Source: Eledone cirrhosa | Taxonomy: Eukaryota | Assembly: GCA_964016885.1 (NCBI GenBank) | Contig: OZ024742.1 | Coordinates: 322,772,001-322,836,000 of the forward strand | Length of the DNA stretch: 64,000 nt | Direction of reading: 5' to 3' | Part shown: one piece after another, positions 29,290 through 44,429 of the stretch | How positions within the stretch are numbered: position 1 is the first letter of the stretch | How the letters are laid out: the number at the start of each line of letters is the position of its first letter | Notes under the pieces: model-generated | Told to the model about the DNA's origin: nothing | The model's database searches: none | Seen by the model: the letters and a program-made list of their open reading frames with translations, nothing else | Made by a program: the position numbers and the translations under genes

Positions 29290-30180
29290 GAAACTGTAAA
29301 AAAAGAAATTGTGATAATAACAATAATGGGAAAGAGCAGGAGGAAGTTTTATTTTGGTGAAAGGGGCTGTGTAGTGTACAAGGTTGAAATGAATGAAGGC
29401 ATGTTTGGCCAAGTTCTCAAGCTGACTTTTTCAAGTTTCACTTGGAAAGAAGGGAAGATGCCCTCCTTCAGTAAATTTATCAAAAGGTGGTTGAAAATGG
29501 CAAGAGTGAATGAGTTTATTCTCAGCATGAGCTTGTAGGTCAGACAATTGATAGTTGGGAGAGAGCTTCCTTGATTAGCCTTATTCAGCCAACATCTAGT
29601 TTCTTGTTTAATACTTTAGAACAGAAGCGAGGTAGAAGAAAAGGAATCTATGGCGAAAAGAAGTTACATACTTGATGAATACAAATATAAAAGTAAAAAT
29701 AGACCTTGTTATGAGATGAGGAGTGAATAGAAAGGGCTAAGAAATTGCGGCATAGAGGCAGGGGAATGAAGAAAACGAAAGGCATCATGGTAAATTTGAA
29801 AGGGAAATGTTAGAATAGAAGAAAAGGAAACTTAGATTTTATAATTTAGATGTATTAACTATATTTTTTAAAGGAAAAGATGAAAATGTCCTAAGAGTTT
29901 TGCTAGTGGCCTATTCAGACTGCAAGTTTGAATCTTTCTTTTGATTTATTTATATGTTTAGTTCTAGTGGCTGAGCATGACATTATCTCTGACTGATAAG
30001 TAGATGGGGTTAGTAATTATATGTTAATAAGTTATCACATAGTCATGTGTGTGTTAATATTTGGATAGAGACAAGGAGTTGTGTTTTTTATGGGTTTTAA
30101 ATTCTAGAGGTTTGTGAGCTGGATGTGTTTAGTTTTGTTTTAGAAGAAGTCTATGTATCAATTTGTCATTAACTTTACCA
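29290..30180 (-). mobile_element. Highly decayed CR1/L2/Jockey-group LINE remnant
   Basis: Minus-strand peptide traces LAIFNHLL.NLLKEGIFPSF and TKHINK; no intact ORF. Confidence 0.35.
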
Positions 30181-30867
30181 TGTTAATCTTAAACTTCATT
30201 ATTCTAGCCTCTAGAAATTGGTTAAGTACTTTATTTGATAAACTTTAACCCTTTCCTTACCATATTTGTTATGAAAGATACTGCATATGATTTTCAAATA
30301 ATTTTGAAAATAATCATGGGTTTGGAGGGATATAATAATGTAACTAACTTTCTCATTATTAAAGATTCTTACATTTTGATGGAAGATTTTTCAATAAATT
30401 TTCTTAACAACTATGTAGTTTGGGGTGCCCCTTGTCTTGTTCTGTTGAGCTATAAAAGTTATCTTCACTCTGTTGATGTTGTTTGACCCCAGGTCAGCCT
30501 ATCTCATTTTTTTATGGCTGTGATTTGAGGGATTTGGGCTGTTATTTCTTGCAGATTGAGTGACCACTCAAAAGCTCCCTCGTCTTGTTATTCTATTGAG
30601 CTAGATTAGTGATCTTCATTCAGTTGTTGTTTAACCTGAGGTTAACTTTAATCAAGCACACCAATGTGTTCAGGACCATATTATCCAATGTGTTCTTTTT
30701 CTTTTTTTTCTTCTAAGATAGTAGGTTGTGTTTTGAGGGAGATTTTACTGATATTTCTAGCAGGCCATGAGACCATGTAGAGGTCCTGGGTCCCCTCATT
30801 AGTTTGCCTATTCACTGTTGTCGTTGTTTGATAAGGGTTACCATGGTTACTGTATTGTAACAGTATG

Positions 30868-31636
30868 TACCATACTCGAATATAAGCTTCCCCACCACCA
30901 CCACACACTACTTTATGCCTGAGAAATGGGCCAAAACCCTGTTTATAAGCCGAGGCAGCTAATCCACACGTTATGGTGCAGTTTTGAAATTCTCATGAGT
31001 GGAGAAAATATTTATGAAGTTTTAATATTTTGTTATTTAAAATGTTTTAAGTGTCATTTAGAATATAGTTTTTGTTTCACAAATTCACTATGTAATGACG
31101 TTTTTACCATTTCATGGAGATCATTAAAAACACTAGGGGAAGATCAAAATGAATAGGGAATAGTTGAAAACATCAACTAACAGGACACTACATAATGATT
31201 CAGAGAAGTGGGAGGAAGAAGCTGAGCAAGAAAAAGAGAGTGAGTGAAAATAAATATTGAAAGAAAGAGTGTAATTAAATGACAGAGAAAAATGGTGTGT
31301 GTAAATGTGCATGCTTGTATACAGAGAAAAATGGTGTAAACATGCATGTATGCGTAAATGTGTAGGGGATATTTGTGTTAAAATGTTCAAATAATAAAAA
31401 TTTGTTGATGTTCTCAGGGCAATGCATAAATAAAACTCATGATGATATAGTAAATGTAGAAAAACAGTATTTCTTTGTGAAATAAACACTCCAGATATTT
31501 TAGCACCTTATTTACATAGAATTTGAAGTTGGTGAAAATCGACAAAATATTGACACCAAATATAAGCCAACAGCCCTATTTTGCCAATGATTTCTTGGTC
31601 ACATATTTCTCGACTTATATTTGAATATATATGGTA
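30868..31636. mobile_element. Decayed Tc1/mariner (pogo/Tigger-like) DNA transposon
   Basis: Imperfect TIRs TACCATACTCGAATATAAGC ... CGACTTATATTTGAATATATATGGTA with internal TATAAGCC repeats. Confidence 0.6.
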
Positions 31637-33278
31637 ACTTCCAAAACCAGACCATGAACACCACAACTTCCTAATTAACTTTTTCATTACCATATTTTTA
31701 ATTATAGACACATGCCTAGTTGTTAAAGTATAGTACATAATGCCTCATAGTATTTGTTCTAGCTCTATTCTCAATTCTAATATCGGCAAGGTCAACTTTA
31801 CTTTTCATCCTTCTGGGCTCAATAAAATGATTTACCGATAAGGTTCTGGGATGAATATGTCCGATTGTTCCACTCCCCACAAATATCTGGCCTTGCTCCT
31901 CCATTAGAAATTGTTGTTGTTATTATTACTATTATCATTATAGGGCAATGGTTTGGCAGAATCGGTAGTGTTGGACAAAATTACTTGCTGTGTTTAATTA
32001 TTTGTTTTCAGTTCGGAGTTAATATCCAGCTGAGGTTGAGGAAATTAGGTAACAGTCAAATACTGGTGTTAATTTGATTGGCTGTTACCACCCCCACTTT
32101 CTTCTGTTGATCTATATATATATATATATATATATGGGGGGGGGGGGGGTAGCAGGTATCAGGAAGAGCATCCAGCTAGAAAAAACCTTACTTTCATTCT
32201 ATATTTACAAGCCTTGAAAAAGCAGACATATATATATATATATATGTGTGTGTGTGTATATTTTGTTCCAAAAACATTCAATTCCAAATAGAGCTGAATC
32301 ATGTGTTCCCTTTTGGCCCCTACATTTCTTATTAAGGGTAACAGTAAAAACTATATCACTAACACTACCATCAACACCTGTTCTTGGGGTTCTTTAACAG
32401 ATCCACTCTGTTGCTGGCATTTGAATCCATACATTCAGTTTGAGGATGAATGAGACAACTTGAGATCTTTATACACTGCTTCCTATCACAGCCATCCAGG
32501 AATTGTACTTTCTCTACCCACACCCCACCCTGCTCTCTACTTCTCAGATGGTGAATTGACAAACACACTCAAGAGCACGACTAAATGCCTTGCAGTATTC
32601 GGTACAGTTCTTTTTATTTTATTTTTAAATTTTTTTTTTATGCAGCTTACTTGGGTGGTAAAGTTAACCTGTCACCCTGGCCCTTGGGTGCCATTTAGTG
32701 AAGTCCACTCTACTGGAGGCATTCAAGCTAGGTCTCTTTTTAGAAGATACCGTTTCCCCTCTCTGTCACTCTCTCCCACCAGTATTGGAGGCCCTGAAAT
32801 GGGTTATGAATTGATTATAATAAAAGAAAGACCTTGTGAATGAGGAGCTGACCCCTTCTTGTCTAACACATATTGAAATAAATTAAGTAAAGAAAGAATT
32901 TAAAATTAATCCATTGCCCAATTTAACACCACCACCTTGCCCTTGGGTGACTTTAAAAGTTGAATCTCTTAAAAGCATTTGAAGCAGGTCTCGGGTTTAG
33001 GTATATCTTCCTCATTCTTGGAAGCCATTAAAAAAGTCAAGTGTACTGACTGACCTTCCCATTCTCCCTCCAACTAATCTTGGAGGTCCTAAAAAGAGTC
33101 AAGGGTACTGCCCTTCCCTGATTTAACAGTAAAAGAGAAACCTCTTGTTAAAAAGTCATGAGTGGAGTGGCTTTCCTTTCTCATCTTGTCTAACATGAAT
33201 ATATTTGAAAAAAAAATAACTAAAGAAAAAATCAAATGAAAATTTGAAGTAGAAAATCCTTGGGTGATTAAACTTAAA

Positions 33279-33392
<114 letters not shown>

Positions 33393-33543
33393 GTAAACCA
33401 AGAAAAAAAAATTGAATAGAACATTTGATTTAATCAAATTTCTGTCTCTGTTGACTGAAAATATATTTTTCTTTATAGAAAAACAAAATTATCAAGTATT
33501 ATTACTACTGAAAAAAATATCAACAAAACTTTATTTTTTCTCC

Positions 33544-33574
<31 letters not shown>

Positions 33575-33787
33575 TATATATATATATATGTATTTGTCTA
33601 CGGCTTTAATACTTACAGTTTAATATATATATATATATATATATATGCATGTGTGTATATATATATATATATATATACACATACACACGCATGCACTAAA
33701 TTGTACATGCTTATTTATATAAGAATATGTGTGTGTGTGTGTGTGTAAATATATATATATGTATACATAGGCATATATAGTTGTGTG

Positions 33788-33821
<34 letters not shown>

Positions 33822-34063
33822 GTTTTATAAAATCTATTAACTCTACATATATAGAGTATTTTTTTTTATCTAATGTGTAAACACAAGCATTTACTAATGA
33901 TACACACACACATGTATCTATGTATATTTATGTATAGATTTATTTATCTATATGTATACGTGTATGCGTGTCCATATATATATATATGTGTGTGTTCATA
34001 TGCATGTATATTTATATAGAGATGTATATATCTGTGTGCATATATTTGTGTATATATATGTAC

Positions 34064-34095
<32 letters not shown>

Positions 34096-34128
34096 GTATG
34101 TGTGTATGTATATATATATGTATGTGTG

Positions 34129-34174
<46 letters not shown>

Positions 34175-34489
34175 TTTTCTGGAGCTTTGTTTAATCTACT
34201 ACAAAACTAAAATTAAAAGAAATTAAAGCAACACATGATAATAATTTTTGCTAACAGCTTTTTCAGCTTCTTACAATCTGAAAGAAAAATAAGATTTTCT
34301 TCTCTTAAACTTTACATTTGGCATTTTGCTAAAATATTATGGAATGTACTTCTTCCTCTTTGGTGGTCCTCCTTCCAAATTCCTTACCTTTTTTTTCTTT
34401 CTTTTTTCCTTGAAAAATCCCTTTTTGATTTGATTATGTAATATATATGTATGTTTGTGTGTGTATATATATTTGTATATACATGTGTG

Positions 34490-34528
<39 letters not shown>

Positions 34529-35119
34529 GTTTGTTATATCTGTATAAATACAGTGTGTAACCAAGACTGCAGCAATGTGTATAAATATATAATATATATA
34601 TGTGTTTGTGTGTAATATATATATAGGAAGAAAACATTCAGCTGTAAGCTCCTATCGCTTCTGCTCCTGATTCCACTCAGCATCTTCAGAAAGGATTAGT
34701 GGTGTTTCTGAGCTTAACACCATAGACACTCCATATATATAATTATATATATGCATGTGTGTGTGTGTGTGTGTGTAACTGTTCCCATTAATTTTAAATC
34801 TATTGTTAGTATTATTATTATTATCCCACTGAGGTTAACTTTGCCTTTCATCCTTACAGGGTCGATAAAATAAAGTACCATTCACGTACTGGGGTCGATT
34901 TAATCGACTTTCCCCTCGCCCCAAAATGTCTGGCCTTGTGCCTATATAAGAAACCATTATTATTATTATTATTATTATATATCAGAATTTATATTTTCTT
35001 TTTCTGGAAACATCAATTAAATACATTCTAAAAAAAAAAGAAAACATACATAAAAGTGTTCAGAGGTTAAGAAAGAGGTCCGAGGTTAACAAATTATTAT
35101 TATCTTTTGGGAAAAAATG

Positions 35120-35305
35120 TGGATTGGCAGTATCGGTAGAGGGTCGGACGCCATGCTTTGACGCATAGAATTACGGCCCTTGCCATTCTGAGTTCAAATC
35201 CCGCCGAGGTTAACTTTGCCTTTCATCCTTACGGGGTCGATAAAATAAAGTACCAGTAATGCACTGGGTAATTGCTGGCCTTGTGCCAAAATTAGAAACA
35301 ATTAT
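35120..35305 (+). mobile_element. SINE family C (representative copy)
   Basis: GGCAGTATCGGTAGAG...GAGTTCAAATCCCGCCGAGGTTAACTTTGCCTTTCATCCTTACGGGGTCGATAAAATAAAGTACCAG. Other copies near 13786-13982(-), 25965-26160(-), 31740-31910, 34830-34960, 48365-48610, 51870-52272 (two, -), 59990-60190(-), 60890-61100, 63050-63445 (two). Confidence 0.85.
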
Positions 35306-35679
35306 CTTTTGGGAAAAAATGTTTTCCCTCTTAACCATTTACTTCAAGAGAAATTGAAACTATTTGTCTGTATGTATGTATGTATGTATGTGTGCATGTG
35401 TGTGTACATGTATGTGGGTGTGTATGTATATACACAGGGACAAAGGAACTATCTTAATACCATTTGTAAATTTTACTCATTATTCCTTACTTATTTTTGT
35501 TTAATTTTTGTTTTATCTGTGTTAGAAATTGTTATTTAAAAAATTCTGGGGAAAAAAAAAAAAATCTTTGGACTAAATTTTTTGATGAGTATATTTTGAT
35601 ATGTTTTGGGGTGGTAGACATCAATTATTATTCCATTTAAAATGACCACCTGGCCTTAGGGTGCCTTTAACAAAGGCCA

Positions 35680-35910
35680 CTCTGTTGCATACATTTGGGC
35701 CAGGTTTTATCAACTCTGTTGCAAGATTTTGGACCAGATCTTGTCCACTCTGTTGGACAAATTTGGGCCAGATTTTGTCCACTCTAGTGCAAGAATTTTG
35801 GCCAGGTCTTGTCCATTCTGTTGTTAGTATTCAAGCTATGTCATGAACATTTTTTTGCAAGAATTTGGACCAGAACTTGTTCAATCCATAGCAAGTATTT
35901 CATGCCAGGT
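35680..35910. repeat. Diverged ~33-bp tandem repeat (CACTCTGTTGCAAGA.TTTGG.CCAG.TCTTGTC)
   Basis: About 6-7 degenerate units. Confidence 0.75.
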
Positions 35911-36719
35911 CTCTGATTTAAGGATACCTTCCACCTTCCCTCCCATCAGTATCTATGGACCTTGGGTGCTGGCCTTCCTTCCCTGACTAAACAGTAAAAA
36001 ACAAAACACCTCAGCTGCTGTTTCAGTCAATCACTGGCAACAAATAACATCCCTCGTTTCCTTTATATGCCAGTTTCCATTTTAGGTATCTACAGGCTTC
36101 CTCTCACTCTCAACCAGTCATAGATAAAAACAGCCATCCTCTTATTGGTTTCAAGATCAAAGGTTAATTATTGAACACCAATATAACATTGATATATTGA
36201 TTATATTTCTATTTTGCTCTGATTGGTTCTTTTATTTTGAATTTCAATCACTCCTTCACTCTGTTGCTATAACAACTTCTAACAAGGTTTTTTTTTTAAT
36301 TCCTTTGTTTTTATACCTCACCCCTCTCCTTTCTTTTGTTTTATGTTTGCTTATTTCCTCTCCCCCATATGTATGTTATATATATATATATAAGTGTGTG
36401 TGTGTATCTGAATGTGTATATATACATTTATAAATATGTGCGTTTGTGTGTGAATATATATATGAATATACATATGTATGTGTGTGATTGTGCTACATGT
36501 GTCTATGTATGTATGTATGTATCTATAAATATATGTATGTGACACATGTATCTCAATATATATATATATATATATATGCGTGTGTGTAGATATATACATA
36601 CATATATTCAAATGTGTAAAAAGAATATACAAAATAAACAAAATCTAATCCAATAAAAATTTTGATTTTGTGTTATTAGATTATTTCGTGTCAAAATATT
36701 TCTTTATTATTCTTCTTCA

Positions 36720-39700
36720 CCCACTTATTCCTGGGAGGGTTGTGGGGGCAGTCCTCAAACTCACATTCCAGCATGTCCTGTCAGAGGCAACCATCTCCAA
36801 CTGATTCGGCTAGATCCCCAAGCGGGACCAGCCAAGCTCATGGATGTTATCCAACCATCTTGCTCAGGGTCTACTCCTGGATCTCATGCCAGTTGGTTTT
36901 GCCCTTAAAATGTGTCGAGCGATTCTTTCCTGAGACATTCTAACCACATGTCCATAGCATCAGATTTGTGATCTCTCAATTCGGAGATGTAGTGGCTTTA
37001 CCTGAAGTTTTATTACTATTATTATTGGAGAAAAGAAGTGAGTATGCTACAATAGATGTGCAATGTTAATGTACATGAACGACAAAGCATGGATGAGCTG
37101 AGAGAAAACTAGGTACAAGAAGAATCAGATGTTGTGTGCAAGAGAGAAGACTGTGCTGATACAGACATGTGATGCCTATGAATGATGATCTTTGGGTGAA
37201 GAATTGCCAAGTTTGTCAAAGCTTCCCTCCTCTGGCATGAGGTGGTGAGAGCTGATCTCAAATCAATGAACTTCACAGAGGAGATGATGAAAGAACACAA
37301 GTGTAGAGAAGCTGTGCTGGAAATGACATCCATTCTCAGAAAACATATTTAGACAACGTGACTCTATTTGTATGTAGACACTTTATTCAGAGCCCTCAAC
37401 ACATAATTAGTGCATAATTTTGCTCTCCGTTCCTATAAATATATCTAACCATATACTCTAGATAAACCAACTTCGTTGAAGAGTTTTATTAGGATCGAAA
37501 CATGCCCGTTGCTTTCAGTACGTATAGGCAAGGTAAATCCCTACTGCATTAATTTAAATTGTTCCAAAAGTTTGAGATCAACTCTCTTGCTTGCTTCACA
37601 TTATCTGAACACTCCTAAAGGAAGTTTCAGTCTTGAAATTGTAAGGATAGTCTCAGTTGATTGAAGTTTTTTTACCACTTGCCATATTCCTCTATATATC
37701 ATCAATGGCTAATTAGGTCCCCTAGGTAACAGAAACTATCAACTACTTCTATGGAACCTTCCCAGGATTGGGAAAAGGTTGTTCCGCTGGTACACTCACT
37801 AGCCAATATCCATGTTTTTCTGCCACATACACGGTCTGCTGTCAGCCTTCCTGTGGTCCCACTACACCTTTTATGTACCCATATTTTACATTGGGTACAA
37901 TGCATAGACATGTGGATAAGTGGTTAGGTATTCCGCTTACAATCATAAGTTTAATTCCTGGCAGCACATTCTGTCTTTGAACAAGACACTTTATTTCATG
38001 TTGCTTCAGTTCATTCAACAGGCAATAAGTTGTGCCTGTCATTCAAAAAGGCCAGCCTTGTCACATTGAATTTCTCTGAGAACTACATTGGGTGGAATAT
38101 TAAATTTGACTTTTAAACCTACCTCCCTTCTGATTACTGAAGCTGGCACATTACTGCACCAGCTCCTGCTACTTTTGTACTTAATTCAGCCTCCTGCCTT
38201 CCATCATTCATGAACATGACCCCGAGATACTTGAACTTTTCCACCGCTTCAGTGGAACTCCACTCAAATGTAGAGTGCACTGCAAAGACTCCCTTGAGAG
38301 GACAAGTGTCTGTTTCCACAGCACTGATTTTAATTCCATCCATGCAGCACTCTGCATCAAACCTATCAGTAAATGTTGGAGATCACCTTCTGTCAAGTTA
38401 AGTAACGTCATGTCTGCAAATTTCAGCCAATCACAATGCCACTTCCAACCCAGCTGCACATATCAATCTTGTTCATGAAGCACTATTTATTCAAACACAA
38501 ATACTAGGGGCATTCATTCATATAGACATCAGGGCAACAAGAAGCTGTCCATCGATCCCATACTCCTGCCACAGCAGATCATGTGGGATTACCCCCCCCC
38601 CCCCCTGATTGTCATTGCTTAAGTGCCTTACCAGAGAACCGGGCTACCTAGCACACCCAAATAAACCAGAAAAATACCTTTATTTAAGGATTTTAGCATC
38701 TCGGGCTGAATTTCTTCCTCCCCAGTAGCCTTGTCACATTTTAGTTTTTTTTACTCACTTGTGATCTCAACCTCCAAGAGATTAGACATTGCTCCCTGCA
38801 CCTTGTGTACATCAAAAGATGCTTTTGTGACCGAGTTTAGGATGTCAACAAAGTATTCTACTTTTCAATGATGCATTCCTGATAGATGTAGAGAAGGAGT
38901 TCTTATGAAGTTGGTGGAGTGTCTGCCATAACACTATTTGCTGATCTGAAGTTGGATTCCAGCTTAACCTCAAAGTCCTCTTATGCCCAGTTTTTCTTTC
39001 AACTCAATGTTCATTTTCTTTCAACTCAATGTTCATTTACACTACAAATACACAACCACCAGAGCACACTCACCCCTCATTTCTTTCCATTAAATGTGAC
39101 TATTGTCTATTATGTGTGGGTAGCAAATGAAATTGAGATTATTCTGGTCAATTATCTCAACAACCTATACTGCTGACACGTGGAAGAGTGCAGCCAGAAC
39201 TGAAAAACAGCTTGACACTTTCCAACAGATGTCTCTGAAAGATCCTGGGCATTAGATGGCAGGACAAGATCACAAATGATGATGTGTTTGAAGAGTCAAT
39301 GCCACATACTTGAGCCTTGTCAGAAGAAAGCAGCTGACATGGCATGTCCTATGAATGGGGGACAATATACCTGTAAGAACTGCAATGTCATGGTTGTCAG
39401 CTGGTGGGAAAAGACCAAAGATGACCTGCACATGTGACAAACTGGTTTCAAGCACCAACCCTTGCCAAAAACAAAGATGGAAGAGCATAGTGGCCCATTG
39501 CTGTGAGGATGAAGGAACTAGATGACAAGTTAGCATTTGACGCTACTACACTGGATGTTTCCAGCCTCTCAGCAACTATCCCTGATGTACCAGCTGCTTT
39601 GTTTGTCTTTATATCCTCAATTGTTTTATTTACTATACTGATGGTAACTTGGATGGCTGGTTCCTTTGTTGGGTCTACTTGAAACAGACCTTCCTCCCAT

Positions 39701-39760
39701 GCTAGCATAACAGTCTCTCATAATGGCACTTCCACGCTTCTTTCTTTTCCAAGAGATGTG
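36720..39760. mobile_element. Cluster of decayed RTE LINE fragments in both orientations
   Basis: HCTQCKIWVHKRCSG...IEVVDSFCYLGD (37702-37911, -); VEKFKYLGVMF (38134-38343, -); NKAAGTSGIVAE (39520-39710, -); C-terminal remnants at 36760-37330 and 39060-39520. Confidence 0.75.
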
Positions 39761-40690
39761 GGGTTCGATTCCTTGCAGGTATCTGTCTACTTTTTCAATC
39801 TCAACGTCATGCTCTCATTGTTTGACAAGATCCCAGACCTCATTCACTTGTTGAGTTGGATGGACCTCATCAAATCAGACCAAGGAAACAATGTTTCCAT
39901 TGCTGATACTATCTATTGGTCACAGCTCCTGGCAGAACGAGCAACGTGAAATAAAGTGTTTTGCTTAAGGACAACACATCACCCAAATCCAACCACTAAG
40001 CCATGCACCTTCATTAAGGCTACTTTACCCAATTTTCTCAACTATTATTTATAGTGATCGACAATGTTGGGAGAGCTACACTGTTTAAGTCAACCAAATG
40101 CTCATATTTTAATATATATTTAAAATGAAACAGGACTTCCCCCTTGGACTATAAGACCTTGGGCTGCAACCGATCCAAGGTGATGGATATTTGAAAATGT
40201 ATTGGCTGTTTTTAAAAAAATTATGGAACATAATATTTCAAGAAATAGAATTATTTTCAATGTTTCAAATTATGATAAATATTTTATTTAAATTCTTATT
40301 TCTTTTTTCATTTTTTTTTTTTTTTTTTTAACCGAAGAAGAATAAGAAAATCTGAAAAAAAAAATAAAAGAGGTGAGTGAAGTGGGGGTGGGGATATATG
40401 ATGTGTGGTAAATGGTTGGAGGATGTGAAAATATACCAGGTGTGGTAAGTAGAGAGAGGAGAGAGAGTATGAGGTGTGGTATGTGGGGAAAGGGATGGGG
40501 ATTTAAAAGGTGTAAGTGGAGGGTGAGGTATAATAGATATGTTAATTGGAAATGTGGCGTCTGGTTGGGATACAAGAAACACAGGGGATGGATGGAGAAA
40601 GGGTCGATACAAAACATGAATATGAAGGAGGGGGACAGCAGCCTTTTTTTTCTTCCTTTCTGTTTAATATCACAAGATAAAAATTAGAAA

Positions 40691-40722
<32 letters not shown>

Positions 40723-42457
40723 AAATCATTTTCATATTTCTGAAATTATCGAAATTAAAAAAAAAATTTTATTATTTCATGTTTTATTTTTTTTCATTTA
40801 GTTTATTTTTTTATTTTTCTCCATTGTTACAGTTCCTCCCATTTATGAAGGTTTAGCTAGCCCCTCCCATACTGTGAGGTTGCACCTCATAAGAGCTATC
40901 TTGGGTGTTTTAATGATAGAGAGTAGCCATATATGAAAAGCAATGTGAAGCATCTTGCTCAAGAACACAACACACTGCCCAGTCCAGGAATCAAACCCAC
41001 GACTTAATGATCATGGCTTTAGTTAGCCTCCTACAGGCTTGCTAATCTGGGTTTCTTGCAGGGTGGGGTTAATGATGGTGTCCCCAGTCCTATCATGAAA
41101 AGCAACATAAAATGAAGAGTCTTGTCCAAGAACACAATGTACCACATGGACTAGGAATTGAATCAACACCCTAACCACTAGGATGTTTTCATATTTTCTA
41201 TTTCTCTTTGGTTATTGATAAATATTAGACAAGATATAGCTATATATACATATTTTAAAAAGGGGGTAGATATGTTGTGGCAATCATGCCTTTCCCTCTG
41301 GTCAACAATAGTGTAAGTAAAATGAAATTGATAGGAATGGAAACCCCTGGAAAATAAAAACAGCCTGCAAAATCCTCAGCTTGCTGGGACATTCTTTACT
41401 ACCTTGCTTGTCCACAACGGGAGGGTTGCCCTAGAGTTTCCCCAGCTTGAAGTAATTTGTCTTTTGGCACAAGTTCAATTTCTGGGGATTGACTCAACAT
41501 CACCATTTCAATACACAGTATATATAACTTAAGATTAAAAAGAAAACAGCATCAGATCCAGGGTTAATTGAACCTAGATCACAGAGACCAGCCTTAACAC
41601 TTCTTTTCAAATACAAATATATCTTAAACTATTCAGAAAGAAGTACGCACACGCACACACACATATTCTCAGGTTAACCCCCACCTTGTGAGTGAAACTA
41701 GGTAGATAGAAATTGTTTGGAAGTTCCTTGGATGGACTGTACCAATTAATTTAATGGGATAGTATTGTTACGCATGTCTGTAGAATGCTCAGCCACTTAC
41801 AGGTACAGTCCATTTTGTATTATAGTGTAATTCAAAGGGCCAGTCTTGTCACACTGTCAGGGTGAACCTCATAAGAATTATGTTAAGTGTACACATTGCT
41901 GTGGAATGCTCAGCCACTTGCATGTTAAATCCATGCACAGGCTGTTTTGTTGATCTAAACCATAATATCAATGGAGGTTCATTCAATATATATATATATC
42001 TTTTACACTTGAATTATTATGGCTCTGAGCAAAGTCTATTGAGCTGGTTTATTTAGAAGCACAAAAATCAAACATATTGGATATGTTTTATTCCACGCAC
42101 GCATGCACATGTGTGCGTGTGCACATATTTTAGTAGTTGTATCCTTCCATATTTAACAAACCCAATATTTTTGGCACAGTCCCTTTCATAATTATCTAAT
42201 ATAGTTCTTTAAAAATAGTGTTTATTTTTTTATAAATGGAGATGACCTGAATATCTTTCTGTATGCATGTGTGTGTATATGCTTCTGTATGACTGTGTGC
42301 ATGTATATGTGTGTGCATGTGCGCGTGTATACCAACAATTTAAATATTCAAATATAGAATGAAAAATAGGAAAAAAACTAAGATGGCAGGGAGAAAGTGG
42401 GTATATGAATGAATATCTGTGTGTATGTGCCCCAAATTTAACGGATCCAAATAGAAG

Positions 42458-42488
<31 letters not shown>

Positions 42489-43965
42489 AAACTAATATAA
42501 CAAAGAATGCAGGGGACACATTTATAGTAAAATTATCATTTCAATATTTTAAAGTTGTTAAAAATACTGAATTTGAGGAGTTGAAGATTTTAGAGTTTGA
42601 TACAGCTAGAATGTTTTGGCACTTGTTTGTTTGACCATTTTTTATACCAACATGGTCAAAACTGGACCTGGTTTTATGAAACAAAACCATCCATTTTCAA
42701 AGGTTCCTATTTAAATTCAAATCTTGCAACATAATCAACATCATTTTATATCAAAAACAATGATTAGAGTTAGTGGGAGCGCTATTATTTTTCTTTTTGA
42801 ATATAATACATTTTGTTTAATTGAATAAATATATTTTGTTTGGATTTGTAATAATTACATTTTTATCTTAAATAAGTTGAAACTGAAACAGTAATTTAAA
42901 TTTTCAGAGAATGAAACAACTAATGCTTTCAAGAAGAATATGAAATCCATCATGGGGCTTCCAAGGCTAATCCCTGTTTTATTTGAGAAAAGGGCCTTAA
43001 AACACATGTTGGTGTTCTATTAACTAATTAGATACTGATTTATTTAGACTATATTAACTAAATGTTTTTGTGATTTATAGCTTAATAACTAAAATGTTAT
43101 TTATAATATCAAATTTCTTCAAATTCTTGATTATTTTCAAAATGATTTAAAAACTGTAGGCAGTGTCTTTCATTAGAAATATAGTGACAAAAAGGTTTAA
43201 ATAATACAGATTATGATTGTCTCGACAGCCCTTACCATTTCAGAATGTAAGTTCTACATACTCTAAACTTAATTCAACTGACATCATTTCATGGATTCTT
43301 CAACAGTTTGAGAAAAAAAGAAAAATATTGAAGATGATGGGAAATGGTGTATTGTGGGTAATCGAAGCTTGACGATTTAATTTGGCACAATGGTCCCTAA
43401 TAATTGTTCATTGACTAGTTTTAATACCACATGGTCCCTAATAAATGTTGATTGAGTAGATTTAGCACGACACATATGTTGTGGTGGGGAAGGAATAAAG
43501 GCAGCATTTCAACAGGCCCTTTCACCATAGCAAGGTATTTCACTAGATAACTCATAAAGATGCTTATAAGATGTTATTGGTAGTAATAGTGATGGTTGTG
43601 TTAAGGGAAAGGGATCACAATGCCATCGTGACATCAGATACAGAGTTCAGTGTTGGATGAAAACAGAATAGGTCTATAGGACAAGCCCTTTCTTTTTGTT
43701 TATGAAGGAGGTTTGTTCATTCAGCAGTCTCTGATTTCATCTGGAATGTTCAGTTCAACTAACAAAGATGCAAAATAGAAAACAGAAAGAAAAAAAATAT
43801 TTAAAATTTAGAATGAATATTCTGTACACAACACATACCCAACAATCACCACCTAACAGAATAACACAACACATACCCTGTACAATCAACAACTTAACAT
43901 GTACCCTATATAATCACCACTCGACACACATCTTATACAAACACCACTCAACATATACTCTATAC

Positions 43966-44279
43966 CAGCGTTTCTCAACCAGTGTTCCCCGGAACCCTAG
44001 GATTCCGCAAGAGGTCGCTAGGGGTTCATCGAGAACCAGTGATAAATAAACTAATGTATTTTAAAAAGTAATTTTTGTTTAATTTTATATTCGTAATTTT
44101 ACTATACATTTACGGCATATTGTCGGAAAATCCTTGTTTATTTTAAGAAAGGCTTCAACCTCTTATATTATTTAAAACTAGGTCAATATAAGAGATAGAT
44201 ATTAATTTTATGTAGGGGTTCCCTGAGACATGAACCTATTTCAAGGGTTCCACAAGGGTAAAAATGTTGAAAAACGCTG
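43966..44279. mobile_element. hAT (Charlie-like) MITE
   Basis: TIRs CAGCGTTTCTCAAC / GTTGAAAAACGCTG; perfect 8-bp TSD CTCTATAC at 43958-43965 and 44280-44287; GGGGTTC subterminal motifs. Confidence 0.92.
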
Positions 44280-44429
44280 CTCTATACAATCCCCACTCAA
44301 TACCTCAACATATCCCCTATACAATCACAACTCAACACACACCCTATACAATCCCCACTCAAAACACACCCTATACAATCACCACTCAGCACCTCAACAT
44401 ATACCCTATACAATCCCCACTCAACACAT

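Noticed and set aside
34630-34700. CTGAAGATGCTG...CAGC on the - strand, and TTGAAGA...CGAAAC at 37476-37505
   Set aside because: Catalytic cores are incomplete
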